Source: Desulfocapsa sulfexigens DSM 10523
GTDB lineage: Bacteria > Desulfobacterota > Desulfobulbia > Desulfobulbales > Desulfocapsaceae
Reading direction: 5' to 3'
Length of the DNA: 32,000 bases
NCBI RefSeq assembly: GCF_000341395.1
Contig: NC_020304.1
Span: forward strand, 2,760,001 to 2,792,000
How positions within the stretch are numbered: position 1 is the first letter of the stretch; the number at the start of each line of letters is the position of its first letter. The position numbers and the translations under genes are program-made. The notes beneath the pieces are model-generated. The model saw only the letters and a program-made list of their open reading frames with translations. It was not told the origin of the DNA and made no database searches. Below, piece after piece: positions 19,035 to 28,167 of this stretch.

Positions 19035-20519
19035 TTATTTTGACTCGTATAGTTTTGCCACATCTCTCAAGCGTTTGACTACACGTTCCTGACCAATGGT
19101 AACCAGAATGTCAAACATTGAAGGGCCTGCAAGCTGACCAGTAACAACCGTGCGCATACCGTTTATGATAATTCCCGGTTTGATATCCAGTTCCGTTGCA
19201 AAATCCCTGGCTGTTTCTTCGGTGGTTTCAAGGTTGAAGTCATCGAGTGCTTCATAGCGGGCAGCAAGCATGGGCAACCATCGCTTCAATTCTTCATATT
19301 TAAGAACGTTTTTCTTCAGTGGTTTTTCTTCAACGGGAAATTCGTCTGAGAAATAGGCCCTGCCAAGGTCAGCAAAATCTGTCAGGAGGTGGAACCTGTC
19401 CCTGATCAGATCAAGGGTCTCTGTGAACCATACTTTTTTCTCCGATTCGTAGGCATCATCCCACAGGCCTTCTTTTTCAAGGAACGGCTTGACCATCACG
19501 GCTATTTCTTCAATGGGCAGGGTGCGTAGATAGTGCTCATTGATGGCGATGGCCTTGGGATCGGTGATAAATTTACTGTCTCCCTTGCGATAATTGAAAA
19601 TGGAGTTGGATTTGTTGATGCGCTCAAGGGTGAAGGCCTCTATCATCTCTTCCCTTGAAAAAATCTCGGTGTCATTGCCGGATGACCAGCCCAGCAGGAC
19701 CAGAAAGTTTGATAATGCCCATGGAATAAAACCATGTTTTTCATAAAACTGTACAGCGACGATTTCACCATGACTGCGTTTGGAAATCTTGGCTTTTTTC
19801 AGGTCCAGAGTTAGCGGCATATGGGCAAAAACGGGAATTGGGGCGTCAAGCGCCTCATATAACAGCACCTGGCGCAAAGTGTTGGTCATATGGTCCTGGC
19901 CACGGATAATATGAGTAATTCTATCCCGGATATCATCCACCACGTTACAGAGAAGATACAGCGGCTTGCCGGTTGAACGCACGATAACAAAGTCTTCAAT
20001 TTCACTGTATTTTGCTTTTATTTCTCCGAGAACCTTGTCTTCGTAGCTCAGTATACCGTCGCGTTTGGGAACCTTGAACCGTACAACAAAGGGGAGTCCG
20101 GCTGCCTCTTTTGCAGCTACCTCTTCACTTTTCAGGTTCCTGCAGGTTCCATCGTAACCATAGGCAGATTTGTTTGCCTGTGCCGTCTGACGCTTGTTTT
20201 CCAGTTCCTCTTTCGTGCAGAAACATTTGTAAGCCTTGCCCTCATCGAGCATTCTTTTGGCAGAAGCCACATGGTCAGCATCAAAATCAGTCTGGAAATA
20301 GGGGCCTTCATCCCAGTTAATTCCAAGCCACTCCAGTCCATCAATAATACCCTGAATAGATTCCTTGGTTGAGCGGTCAGCATCGGTGTCTTCAATACGT
20401 AGAATAAGTTTTCCGCCAGTTTTTTTTGCATAGAGCCAATTGTAAAGTGCGGTTCTTGCACCTCCTATGTGGAGGTATCCTGTCGGGCTGGGGGGAAAAC
20501 GTAAGCGTGTTTCAGTCAT
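19035..20519 (-). CDS. gltX: Glutamate--tRNA ligase
   Basis: Motifs are [19 protein letters not shown] (HIGH) and KISKR (KMSKS), plus a Cys cluster CFC...C in the catalytic domain. It lies 14 nt upstream of glnS on the same strand. Confidence 0.95.
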   Translation of the reverse strand: MTETRLRFPPSPTGYLHIGGARTALYNWLYAKKTGGKLILRIEDTDADRSTKESIQGIIDGLEWLGINWDEGPYFQTDFDADHVASAKRMLDEGKAYKCFCTKEELENKRQTAQANKSAYGYDGTCRNLKSEEVAAKEAAGLPFVVRFKVPKRDGILSYEDKVLGEIKAKYSEIEDFVIVRSTGKPLYLLCNVVDDIRDRITHIIRGQDHMTNTLRQVLLYEALDAPIPVFAHMPLTLDLKKAKISKRSHGEIVAVQFYEKHGFIPWALSNFLVLLGWSSGNDTEIFSREEMIEAFTLERINKSNSIFNYRKGDSKFITDPKAIAINEHYLRTLPIEEIAVMVKPFLEKEGLWDDAYESEKKVWFTETLDLIRDRFHLLTDFADLGRAYFSDEFPVEEKPLKKNVLKYEELKRWLPMLAARYEALDDFNLETTEETARDFATELDIKPGIIINGMRTVVTGQLAGPSMFDILVTIGQERVVKRLRDVAKLYESK

Positions 20520-20835
20520 GGAAAAACCTTATCATTATTTATTTTTTATTGGTGTGAATTTGTTTTTATTGATCGGGATAAACGTAATATGCCTGATGTA
20601 TATCGTTTTCAAACACTTTGTTCAATAGCTATTGATTCTGAAATGGAGATTTACCGATGGTGGTTGTGGCTGAAGCTGAGATGTTTTTGGTTGTTCTCTT
20701 GGTTCGAACTCGTTATAGTTCGCCTTTTTTAGCAACTTTAACCAACAGGTCTGTTGCTGCCTAAAAGTGAGTATAAATTGTCATATGTGGATCGTATATT
20801 CAAAGAGAATTTCAGGGTAGAAAGAAGGAGTGAAG

Positions 20836-22422
20836 ATGAAAGTATTAATTAGTGACAGCATGTCTCCGTTGGGAGAGAAAATCCTGACCGATGCAGGGCT
20901 TGAAGTAGATGTGAAAACCGGACTTACACCGGATGAGTTGAAAGAGGTTATTGGTGAGTATGATGGACTCGTTGTTAGAAGTGCTACCAAGGCTACTGCA
21001 GAAATAATCGATGCTGCTGAAAATCTGAAAGTTATTGGTCGCGCCGGCATAGGACTCGATAATGTGGACATTCCTGCAGCAAGCCAGAAGGGCATTGTGG
21101 TAATGAATGCACCCGATGGTAATGCTACCACCGCGGCCGAACATGCTATCGGTATGATGATGTCCCTGTCGCGTAATATTCCTCAGGCTACTGCTTCCAT
21201 GAAGGAAGGGAAGTGGGAGAAAAAGAGCTTTATGGGACGTGAGCTCACTGGAAAAACACTGGGTATCTTTGGCATTGGCCGTATTGGTGCCATTGCAGCC
21301 AATCGTGCCCAGGGGCTCAAAATGAAGGTGATTGCATATGATCCTCATATGCCCAAAGAGATGGTGGATAAACTTGGAGTAGAACTGGTCAGTGTTGAAG
21401 AGCTTGCTAAACGTGCTGATTATATCACTGTTCATGTACCACTTACTAAGGAAACTGCCAATGCTCTTTCCACCGAGTTTTTCACCAACATGAAAAAAGA
21501 CGCCATGTTCATTGATTGTGCCCGTGGTGGAGTGTGTGATGAAGAGGCGTTGTATAAGGCGCTGGTAGATGGTGAGATTGCAGGGGCTGCCCTTGATGTA
21601 TTTGCTCAGGAACCAACTACTAAGGAAAACTGCCCCTTGCTTGGTTTGAAAAATTTTATCTGCACGCCACATCTTGGGGCATCGACTACAGAGGCCCAGG
21701 AAAATGTTGCCACAGCTATTGCTGCACAGGTGGCAGAGTATCTGACCAAGGGAGTGGTTGTCAATGCGGTCAATGTTCCATCCGTTAGTGACGACGTTCT
21801 GGCCCAGGTCGGCCCTTATATTAATCTGGGTGAAATGCTCGGTTCTCTTCATATGCAAATCGCAAAGGGTGGAGTCGAGGAAGTATCGATTGAATATTCG
21901 GGAGAGCTTGCAGAACTCAATACCAGCCCCGTTACCGTTGCTTTTCTGAAAGGTCTGTTTACTCCGATCCTCAAAGATGCAGTGAACTATGTGAATGCTC
22001 CTGTGATTGCCAGAGATCGCGGTATACGTGTGATTGAGTCCAGAAGCGACAGTTCAAGTGACTTTGTCAATGTGCTTCGTATTAAAGTTGTAACCAATGA
22101 GGGAGAGAATGTACTTGTCGGCACCGTTTTTGGAAAAAACGAGCCTCGCCTGGTACGTTTGAATACCTTCCGCCTTGAAGCCCAGGCTGCAGGGCCAATG
22201 CTTTTGGTTTATAATAACGACGTTCCAGGTGTCATTGGTGCGCTCGGCACAATACTTGGCAAAAATGGTGTTAATATTTCGCGGATGACAGTGGGACGCG
22301 AAGATGCTTCGAGTCAAAACATTATTCTCTGCAGTACCGATTCTGTTATTTCAAAGGAATTGTTGGAAGAAGTGAAGCAGCTGGATAATATTGATGATGC
22401 TCTGGCTCTGGAACTTGTCTAA
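20836..22422 (+). CDS. serA: D-3-phosphoglycerate dehydrogenase (long form with ASB and ACT domains)
   Basis: NAD-binding motif is GIFGIGRIGAIAA and the catalytic-region motif is CTPHLGAST, with a C-terminal regulatory extension. ATG 20836 lies 5 nt after AAGGAG. The ORF-track GTG at 20830 overlaps that SD. Confidence 0.95.
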   Translation: MKVLISDSMSPLGEKILTDAGLEVDVKTGLTPDELKEVIGEYDGLVVRSATKATAEIIDAAENLKVIGRAGIGLDNVDIPAASQKGIVVMNAPDGNATTAAEHAIGMMMSLSRNIPQATASMKEGKWEKKSFMGRELTGKTLGIFGIGRIGAIAANRAQGLKMKVIAYDPHMPKEMVDKLGVELVSVEELAKRADYITVHVPLTKETANALSTEFFTNMKKDAMFIDCARGGVCDEEALYKALVDGEIAGAALDVFAQEPTTKENCPLLGLKNFICTPHLGASTTEAQENVATAIAAQVAEYLTKGVVVNAVNVPSVSDDVLAQVGPYINLGEMLGSLHMQIAKGGVEEVSIEYSGELAELNTSPVTVAFLKGLFTPILKDAVNYVNAPVIARDRGIRVIESRSDSSSDFVNVLRIKVVTNEGENVLVGTVFGKNEPRLVRLNTFRLEAQAAGPMLLVYNNDVPGVIGALGTILGKNGVNISRMTVGREDASSQNIILCSTDSVISKELLEEVKQLDNIDDALALELV

Positions 22423-22462
22423 CTGATTTCACTATGTAGTGAGTTGCCGAAAGTTGAAAAAT

Positions 22463-22486
22463 CCGGGGTGCGAGCCCCGGTTTTTT
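22463..22486 (+). terminator. Rho-independent terminator after serA
   Basis: CCGGGG-tgcgag-CCCCGG hairpin followed by TTTTTT. Confidence 0.8.
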
Positions 22487-22520
22487 CCTGTGTAATGTAT
22501 TTCTTTTACAAGAGGATTTT

Positions 22521-22856
22521 ATGACTTCTGAATTTGAGCAGGGCTGTCCCTGCGGTGACGGAAAAGTACCAAATCAGGAAGGGAAATGTGTTATGCCTGA
22601 GGTTACTTTCATGGCCCTTGTCATGTCTTTGAATTCTTCGGCCCTGTTTCATCTTGGAGAAATTGCAAATCCCGAAACCGGAGAAAAGCTGGTTGATTTC
22701 TCCCTTGCACGTCATGCCATAGATACTCTGATGTTGCTGCAGGAGAAGACCAGAGGGAACCTGGATGCTGATGAAACGGAAATGTTGAAAAATATTCTCT
22801 ACGATGTGAAAATTCGTTTTGTTCAGGTAGTAAAAGATAAGAAAATGGCAGCATAA
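22521..22856 (+). CDS. DUF1844-like small protein with N-terminal Cys motif
   Basis: The core segment (PEVTFMALVMSLNSSALFHLGEI...ARHAIDTLMLLQEKT) matches my recollection of DUF1844. The N-terminus carries CPCGDG...x9...C. I could not run a domain search. Confidence 0.65.
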   Translation: MTSEFEQGCPCGDGKVPNQEGKCVMPEVTFMALVMSLNSSALFHLGEIANPETGEKLVDFSLARHAIDTLMLLQEKTRGNLDADETEMLKNILYDVKIRFVQVVKDKKMAA

Positions 22857-22876
22857 CTTTTACGATCTGTTTGAAA

Positions 22877-23773
22877 ATGAAAGGATTCACTGAAACAGTC
22901 GTCATTAAGCCTCCTGCAAAAGTTAACCTGAGTCTGCACATCATTGGGAAGCGCTCGGATGGATACCATGATCTGGATTCTGTGATGCAGAAAATCGATC
23001 TTACTGACACTTTGACTCTTTCTCGTTGTGATGAGCCGGGAGTGCAGCTTTACTGCCCTGGATCCGATGTTCCTGAGGATGAGTCTAATCTGGTATGGAA
23101 GGCAGCACTCCTTTTTTTGAAAGAAGCAGGACTTGAAGATTCGTGTGGAGTCTCGATTGTCCTTGAAAAGAATATTCCCATCGCTGCCGGCCTTGGCGGA
23201 GGGAGCAGCGATGCCGGCTGTCTGCTCACTGCTATGAATCGATTGCTGCAGGCAGGGTTTAGCCAGGAGGTGTTACTTCGACTGGCGAAATCATTGGGTG
23301 CTGATGTTCCGTTCTTTGTTGTGCCTCATTCAGCAGTGCGGGCCACGGGAATTGGAGATAGAATGAAAGAACAGGAATCGCTTAGAGACTGTTCACTCCT
23401 TCTGGTAAATCCCGGTTTTTCTGTCTCCACAGCCTGGGTTTATGAAAATTATACATTGACAAGGATGGATAAAGATTCTAGATTGTCTGATCCTCGTGAA
23501 AAAGGTAGCAGGAGTGGATTTGTGTATCCATTGCACAACGATCTGGAAGCTGTAACGATTAAGCGATATCCGGAAATTGAGACTATCAAACGCTTTATGC
23601 TTGATAATGGGGCTTCATCTGCTCTGATGTCGGGGAGCGGCCCGACTGTTTTCGGCGTTTTCCCAGATTTGATCGACGCGGAAAATGATCGTTTGCATAA
23701 ATGTGCAGCAGAATTTAAAAGAAAATATGGGAAGGGTGTTTTTGTTACTCGACCTGTTATAAATGGGGTGTAG
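22877..23773 (+). CDS. ispE: 4-(cytidine 5-prime-diphospho)-2-C-methyl-D-erythritol kinase
   Basis: GHMP-kinase motifs are KVNLSLHIIGKRSDGYHDL and PIAAGLGGGSSDA. ATG 22877 is preferred over TTG 22871. Confidence 0.9.
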   Translation: MKGFTETVVIKPPAKVNLSLHIIGKRSDGYHDLDSVMQKIDLTDTLTLSRCDEPGVQLYCPGSDVPEDESNLVWKAALLFLKEAGLEDSCGVSIVLEKNIPIAAGLGGGSSDAGCLLTAMNRLLQAGFSQEVLLRLAKSLGADVPFFVVPHSAVRATGIGDRMKEQESLRDCSLLLVNPGFSVSTAWVYENYTLTRMDKDSRLSDPREKGSRSGFVYPLHNDLEAVTIKRYPEIETIKRFMLDNGASSALMSGSGPTVFGVFPDLIDAENDRLHKCAAEFKRKYGKGVFVTRPVINGV

Positions 23774-23839
23774 CCAAGCGGTTAAGGCACCAGGTTTTGA
23801 TCCTGGCATGCGGAGGTTCGAATCCTCCCACCCCAGCCA
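23764..23839 (+). tRNA. tRNA-Gln (anticodon UUG), CCA encoded
   Basis: I folded the cloverleaf by hand. The acceptor stem is TGGGGTG/CACCCCA and the anticodon stem is CCAGG/CCTGG. The anticodon loop is TTTTGAT with TTG at 23797-23799. The T arm is GGAGG-TTCGAAT-CCTCC, the discriminator is G, and the 3-prime end is CCA. Confidence 0.9.
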
Positions 23840-23964
23840 TATTGTCCGAGCAGTTTTCTCAGACAATTATGTATTGTACTGATACCGGCTTACTTACCGT
23901 TTATCGCCGGTGTTAGAGTTAAAAACGGAAAAAATTTCAAACAATCGTACCGAGACCAAGAATT

Positions 23965-24903
23965 ATGCCAAATATTATCAAAGTCTTTTCTGGAAATGCT
24001 AATCCTGTAATGGCCCGGGAGATTACTGATTTTCTGAATATACCACTTTCTGAAGCGGAGGTGAAACAGTTCAGCGATGGTGAGATTTTCGTAGAAATAA
24101 AAGAAAATGTTCGTGGTGCGGATGTTTTTGTCGTTCAGCCAACCTGTACTCCGGTGAACGATAATCTTATGGAACTGGTAATTATGGTTGATGCCTTAAG
24201 GCGGGCATCAGCAAGAAGAATTACAGCTGTTGTTCCCTATTACGGGTATGCCAGGCAGGATCGAAAAGTAGCTCCAAGGGTTCCGATTTCAGCAAAAGTT
24301 GTTGCCGAAATGTTTATGGCAGTTGGAGTTCGCAGGGTTTTAAGTATGGATCTTCATGCTGGACAGATTCAGGGGTTTTTCAATATTCCTGTCGATCATC
24401 TCTATGCAGCTCCAGTCATTCTGGAATACATAAAGGATAAATTTTCCGACGTGGTTATGGTGTCCCCCGACGCTGGTGGTGTAGAACGAACCCGTGCCTT
24501 TGCCAAGCGTCTCAATGCCGGGCTTGCTATTATAGATAAGAGACGAGATCGTCCCAATGAATGTGAGGCAATGCATGTTATTGGTGATGTGAAAGGAAAA
24601 ACAGCCATTTTATTGGATGATATGGTGGATACTGCCGGAACGCTTTGTAACGGAGCTGCCACATTAATGAAGCATGGTGCAAAAGAAGTACATGCCTGCT
24701 GCTCACACCCTGTGCTATCAGGGCCTGCAGTTGAGCGATTAACAAACTCAGTAATCAGTTCCCTGGTTGTAACCAATTCGATTCCTTTGCGTGGTGATGC
24801 TTTGCAATGTGAAAAGATTAAGGTACTGTCTGTGTCCAAGCTTCTCGCAGATGCCATTGACTGTATCCATACTGAAGGATCCATTAGTTCGTTATTTGTC
24901 TGA
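23965..24903 (+). CDS. prs: Ribose-phosphate pyrophosphokinase
   Basis: Motifs are [29 protein letters not shown] and the PRPP-binding loop [11 protein letters not shown]. Confidence 0.95.
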   Translation: MPNIIKVFSGNANPVMAREITDFLNIPLSEAEVKQFSDGEIFVEIKENVRGADVFVVQPTCTPVNDNLMELVIMVDALRRASARRITAVVPYYGYARQDRKVAPRVPISAKVVAEMFMAVGVRRVLSMDLHAGQIQGFFNIPVDHLYAAPVILEYIKDKFSDVVMVSPDAGGVERTRAFAKRLNAGLAIIDKRRDRPNECEAMHVIGDVKGKTAILLDDMVDTAGTLCNGAATLMKHGAKEVHACCSHPVLSGPAVERLTNSVISSLVVTNSIPLRGDALQCEKIKVLSVSKLLADAIDCIHTEGSISSLFV

Positions 24904-24983
24904 CCGATTATATAATTTGAATATTTTGAGATAAATCCTGGCTATCGTACTGAAACGATTGAGTCAGGGCCAAGGAGGAACAT

Positions 24984-25604
24984 ATGCTTCAAGTAGAGAT
25001 GTCTGCTTCAAAGAGAGACGATTTTGGTAAATGTGCCATGCGCCGCTTGCGTAAAAGCGGCAACACCCCTGCTGTACTTTACGGAAACAATAAGGAAGCT
25101 TCAGCGTTACAGTTTGAGACTACTTCTTTTTTGAAAGGCTTGTTTAAGATCAGTCGTAAAAATGCAGTGGTAAATCTCACTGTCAATGGTAGTGATACCC
25201 GTCATGCCATGGTGAGGGATCTCCAGACCGATCCTGTGAATGATAGCCTTATTCATGTGGATTTTCTCGAAATTGATCTTGCTGTTCCAAGGCGCTTTAC
25301 TGTGCCAATCACATTTGTAGGAAAAGCCAAAGGACTTGAGTTCGGTGGTGATCTTGTGGTTCACAGTTCCTCTGTTCAGGTAACTGGACTTCCACTGGAT
25401 ATTCCAGACACAATCAATGTTGGTATGACCAATCTTGGCATTGGTGAATCCATTAAATTTTCAGATATTGAAATTCCAGAAAATTTAAAAATGGTAACTA
25501 AGGCTTCTACTGTTTGCGTGGAAATTGTTGCAACTGCGAAATCTGCAGAGGCCGCTGCTGCAGCTGCTAAGAAACCTGCAAAAGGAAAGGCTGCAAAAAA
25601 ATAA
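24984..25604 (+). CDS. rplY: 50S ribosomal protein L25 / general stress protein Ctc (long form)
   Basis: It has the RRLRKSGNTPAVLYG motif, a two-domain length of 206 aa and an Ala/Lys-rich C-terminal tail. AAGGAGG lies upstream. Confidence 0.9.
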   Translation: MLQVEMSASKRDDFGKCAMRRLRKSGNTPAVLYGNNKEASALQFETTSFLKGLFKISRKNAVVNLTVNGSDTRHAMVRDLQTDPVNDSLIHVDFLEIDLAVPRRFTVPITFVGKAKGLEFGGDLVVHSSSVQVTGLPLDIPDTINVGMTNLGIGESIKFSDIEIPENLKMVTKASTVCVEIVATAKSAEAAAAAAKKPAKGKAAKK

Positions 25605-25698
25605 ATAGTGTAAATAAGTCATTCAAGGCAACACCTGAATGACGAGGGTTCTCTCATTGTTCTTGAAGATGGAGGCCTGGAGATTGTTTTGTCTGTAT

Positions 25699-25738
25699 CC
25701 GGAAAGGACCTCTAGTGAGGGACTTTCCGGTTTTTTTT
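25699..25738 (+). terminator. Rho-independent terminator after rplY
   Basis: CCGGAAAGGACCTC-tagt-GAGGGACTTTCCGG (12 of 14 positions paired) is followed by TTTTTTTT. It lies inside the ORF-track version of pth. Confidence 0.8.
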
Positions 25739-25770
25739 GTGGGGAATCAACAGATTACCAATGGTGTACC

Positions 25771-26418
25771 ATGTACAACTGGTTCGCATCTTTTTTAGGG
25801 AAATTTGGACATTTAAGAGAAACAGTGGCGGAAGAAACATATCTGATAGTTGGTTTAGGAAATCCAGGTGCGAAATATGAAAGCACCAGGCATAACGTTG
25901 GATTCCGTATTGTTGAGGCCATTGCCCGAAGTGAGGGTGGTTCATTAGATTTGTACAAGTGGGATTCTCATTTTTGTCAAATGTCGCTTTGGGGTGCTCG
26001 GATATTTTTTGTCGAGCCACAGACATTTATGAACCTTTCCGGTAAATCAATTTCCCGTTTTGTCGAGTATTTTAAAATAAGTGCTGACCATATTCTTGTC
26101 GTTCATGATGATATTGATATGCATCCTGGGCGTGTCAAGCTTGTGTCAGGGGGTGGGCCAGGCGGTCATAACGGAATTCGTTCACTAATTCAGTGTCTTG
26201 GGACCAGGGACTTCTTTCGACTCAAATATGGCGTTGGGAGGCCAGGGCGTGATGGCGTTCACCCTGACATGCCGGTTGAACGGTTTGTTCTTGCTTCTTT
26301 TAATCACGATGAGGAAATGTTATTGGCGGAAAGAATGACTTCTCTTGCTGATGGTGTTCGTGAATTTGTGACTACGGGAAGCCAGCAGGCCATGAATGTT
26401 CTTAATGTGATCAAGTGA
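25771..26418 (+). CDS. pth: Peptidyl-tRNA hydrolase
   Basis: Motifs are LIVGLGNPGAKYESTRHNVGF, HDDIDM and GHNGIRS. The start must lie downstream of the terminator at 25699-25738. Candidates are ATG 25771 and in-frame GTG 25825 (MAEETYLIVGLGNPG), which gives a more typical length. Confidence 0.85.
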   Translation: MYNWFASFLGKFGHLRETVAEETYLIVGLGNPGAKYESTRHNVGFRIVEAIARSEGGSLDLYKWDSHFCQMSLWGARIFFVEPQTFMNLSGKSISRFVEYFKISADHILVVHDDIDMHPGRVKLVSGGGPGGHNGIRSLIQCLGTRDFFRLKYGVGRPGRDGVHPDMPVERFVLASFNHDEEMLLAERMTSLADGVREFVTTGSQQAMNVLNVIK

Positions 26419-26638
26419 CGCCTCGGCTTTCCCTAACTAACGGTTTTTTGAAGCGTATTTCTTGAAAATGTGGTATGCTTGGTTATTGTTATTGTTCTTT
26501 TCGGATCTGCTTTACGGTCTTAAGACAGCAATACTGTCTCAGGCAGGTAATTGGAATATCCAACGAAAATGTTTATATCAGGCATTCTCAGTTCCTGTAA
26601 ATGCATGCCAAACCCCGATGTTATCCTAGGAGGTTGCT

Positions 26639-27118
26639 TTGTTTATACAAGGTGATATGGCCGTTTATCCGGCTCATGGTGTAGGTATTATCGAAGCTAT
26701 TGAAAGTCAGACAATTGCGGGTGTCGACCAGGATTTTTATGTCATGAAGATACTAGACAATGATATGAAAATTATGATACCGACTGCCAGTAGTGACAAT
26801 GTCGGGCTTCGCGCTATAATCAGTAAAAAAGAGGTCGAAGCAGTCCTTCACATTCTGCGTGATCGTGATGCAGAGATAGGGTCTCAAACATGGAATCGAC
26901 GTTATAGGGATTACATGGAAAAGATCAAGACCGGTTCTATCCACGAAGTTGCTGCAGTCCTTAGGGATCTCTATCTGCTCAGTGTTGATAAAGATCTTTC
27001 CTATGGGGAACGAAAGATGATGGATACAGCAAAAAGTCTACTGGTCACTGAAATCTCCCTTGCCCGTAAAGTTGATGAATCCAAAATTGAAACGTTGATT
27101 GATGATATGTTCAATTAA
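26639..27118 (+). CDS. carD: CarD/CdnL-family RNA polymerase-binding transcription factor
   Basis: The N-terminus MFIQGDMAVYPAHGVGIIEAIE is typical of the CarD_CdnL_TRCF domain. The TTG start lies 5 nt after AGGAGG (26628-26633). Confidence 0.85.
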   Translation: MFIQGDMAVYPAHGVGIIEAIESQTIAGVDQDFYVMKILDNDMKIMIPTASSDNVGLRAIISKKEVEAVLHILRDRDAEIGSQTWNRRYRDYMEKIKTGSIHEVAAVLRDLYLLSVDKDLSYGERKMMDTAKSLLVTEISLARKVDESKIETLIDDMFN

Positions 27119-27177
27119 CTTCATTGCCTCAGTCCTCTTTGCTTATAAAGTGATCTTCTTCTCCATGGCATTTCGTC

Positions 27178-28167
27178 ATGACTTTTCAGACCATAGATAA
27201 TTCCCGGCCTGCTGGTTCTGCTGGTGCGATTGATTTACAGGTTTCAGCAGAATTTGCAGGGTATAGATTCGACCATTTTCTGGTGCAGTTGATCCCTGAG
27301 GCTTCAAGGAACAATCTGAATCAGGCAATTCGTCTGGGATTGCTTCTTGTTGACGGAAAGAACAAAAAAAGCAGTTACAAGTTGAAGGTCGGAGAACAGA
27401 TCAGTGGCTCTCTCTTTGAGGCCGAGCCTTTGACGCTTGCCCCCCAAAATATTCCCTTTGACCTCCTGTATGAAGATGATTCTCTTCTCATTGTTTCAAA
27501 ACCACCAGGCATTGTCGTTCATCCCGCAGTTGGCAATCCTGATGGTACTCTTGTCAACGGTTTACTTTATCATTGTCAGGAAATTGCTGATGTCGGGGAT
27601 ACAATTCGCCCTGGTATAGTACATCGTCTCGACAAAGACACTTCCGGTATCATGGTGGTAGCTAAAACTGCTCAGTGTCATAGGCTGCTCGGTGAGGCTT
27701 TTAAAGAACGAACTGTTGAAAAAAAGTATCTTGCCCTGGTTTTTGGTGTTCTGTCGCAACGCTCAGGGCGTATAGTTGCCCCGATCGCCAGACATCCTCT
27801 GCAGCGCCAGAAGATGGCAGTGTGTGAAGAAGGTAGAGGTCGTTATGCAGCGAGTAGTTGGCGGGTTCTTGAAGAATATTCCGAAGGTTGCAGTCTTGTT
27901 CAGGTTCTTATTGAAACTGGGCGAACCCATCAGATACGTGTTCATATGGCTTCACTTGGACATCCGGTGGCTGGGGATAGTCTGTATGGGCGTGCCAGAA
28001 ATACCCGGCAATATCCCCGGCAAATGCTTCATGCTCATAGCTTAAGTCTTGTTCACCCCATAAGCGGAGTACCACTTTCATTTACAGCGCCACTGTGGCC
28101 TGATTTTCTCGAGATTGTTGAGCAACTTCGCGGCCATGCCCATGAGATTCTCGGTATGATCTCTTGA
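27178..28167 (+). CDS. rluD: RluA/RluD-family 23S rRNA pseudouridine synthase
   Basis: It has an N-terminal S4-like domain, the catalytic motif HRLDKDTSGIMVVAKT and the GRTHQIRVH motif. Confidence 0.85.
   Translation: MTFQTIDNSRPAGSAGAIDLQVSAEFAGYRFDHFLVQLIPEASRNNLNQAIRLGLLLVDGKNKKSSYKLKVGEQISGSLFEAEPLTLAPQNIPFDLLYEDDSLLIVSKPPGIVVHPAVGNPDGTLVNGLLYHCQEIADVGDTIRPGIVHRLDKDTSGIMVVAKTAQCHRLLGEAFKERTVEKKYLALVFGVLSQRSGRIVAPIARHPLQRQKMAVCEEGRGRYAASSWRVLEEYSEGCSLVQVLIETGRTHQIRVHMASLGHPVAGDSLYGRARNTRQYPRQMLHAHSLSLVHPISGVPLSFTAPLWPDFLEIVEQLRGHAHEILGMIS

Noticed and set aside
20643-20732. Trp-rich 29-codon mini-ORF (MEIYRWWLWLKLRCFWLFSWFELVIVRLF) upstream of serA, followed by overlapping alternative hairpins (AGCAAC/GTTGCT versus CAACAG/CTGTTG); possible attenuation leader
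   Set aside because: It has no SD and no T-run after either hairpin. The best -10-like element for serA (TATAAAT, 20772-20778) lies downstream of it, so it is probably not in the serA transcript. The Trp richness fits a T/G-rich spacer read in this frame.
20845-21858. 337-aa ORF antisense to serA
   Set aside because: Its codons are exactly complementary to the serA codons. It therefore stays open simply because serA avoids TTA, CTA and TCA codons over this stretch, and it ends at the TTA codon at 20842-20844. The protein looks like low-complexity nonsense and there is no SD, so it is a shadow ORF.
23764-23964. tRNA-Gln as an integration hotspot for a genomic island
   Set aside because: There is no integrase and no direct repeat of the tRNA 3-prime end. 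The downstream genes (prs, rplY, pth) are core housekeeping genes.
24402-24884. 160-aa ORF antisense to prs
   Set aside because: It lies entirely within the well-supported prs gene and has no independent signals.
25639-25770. N-terminal 44 aa of the ORF-track pth
   Set aside because: This stretch contains the rplY intrinsic terminator (25699-25738), so it is very unlikely to be translated as part of Pth.
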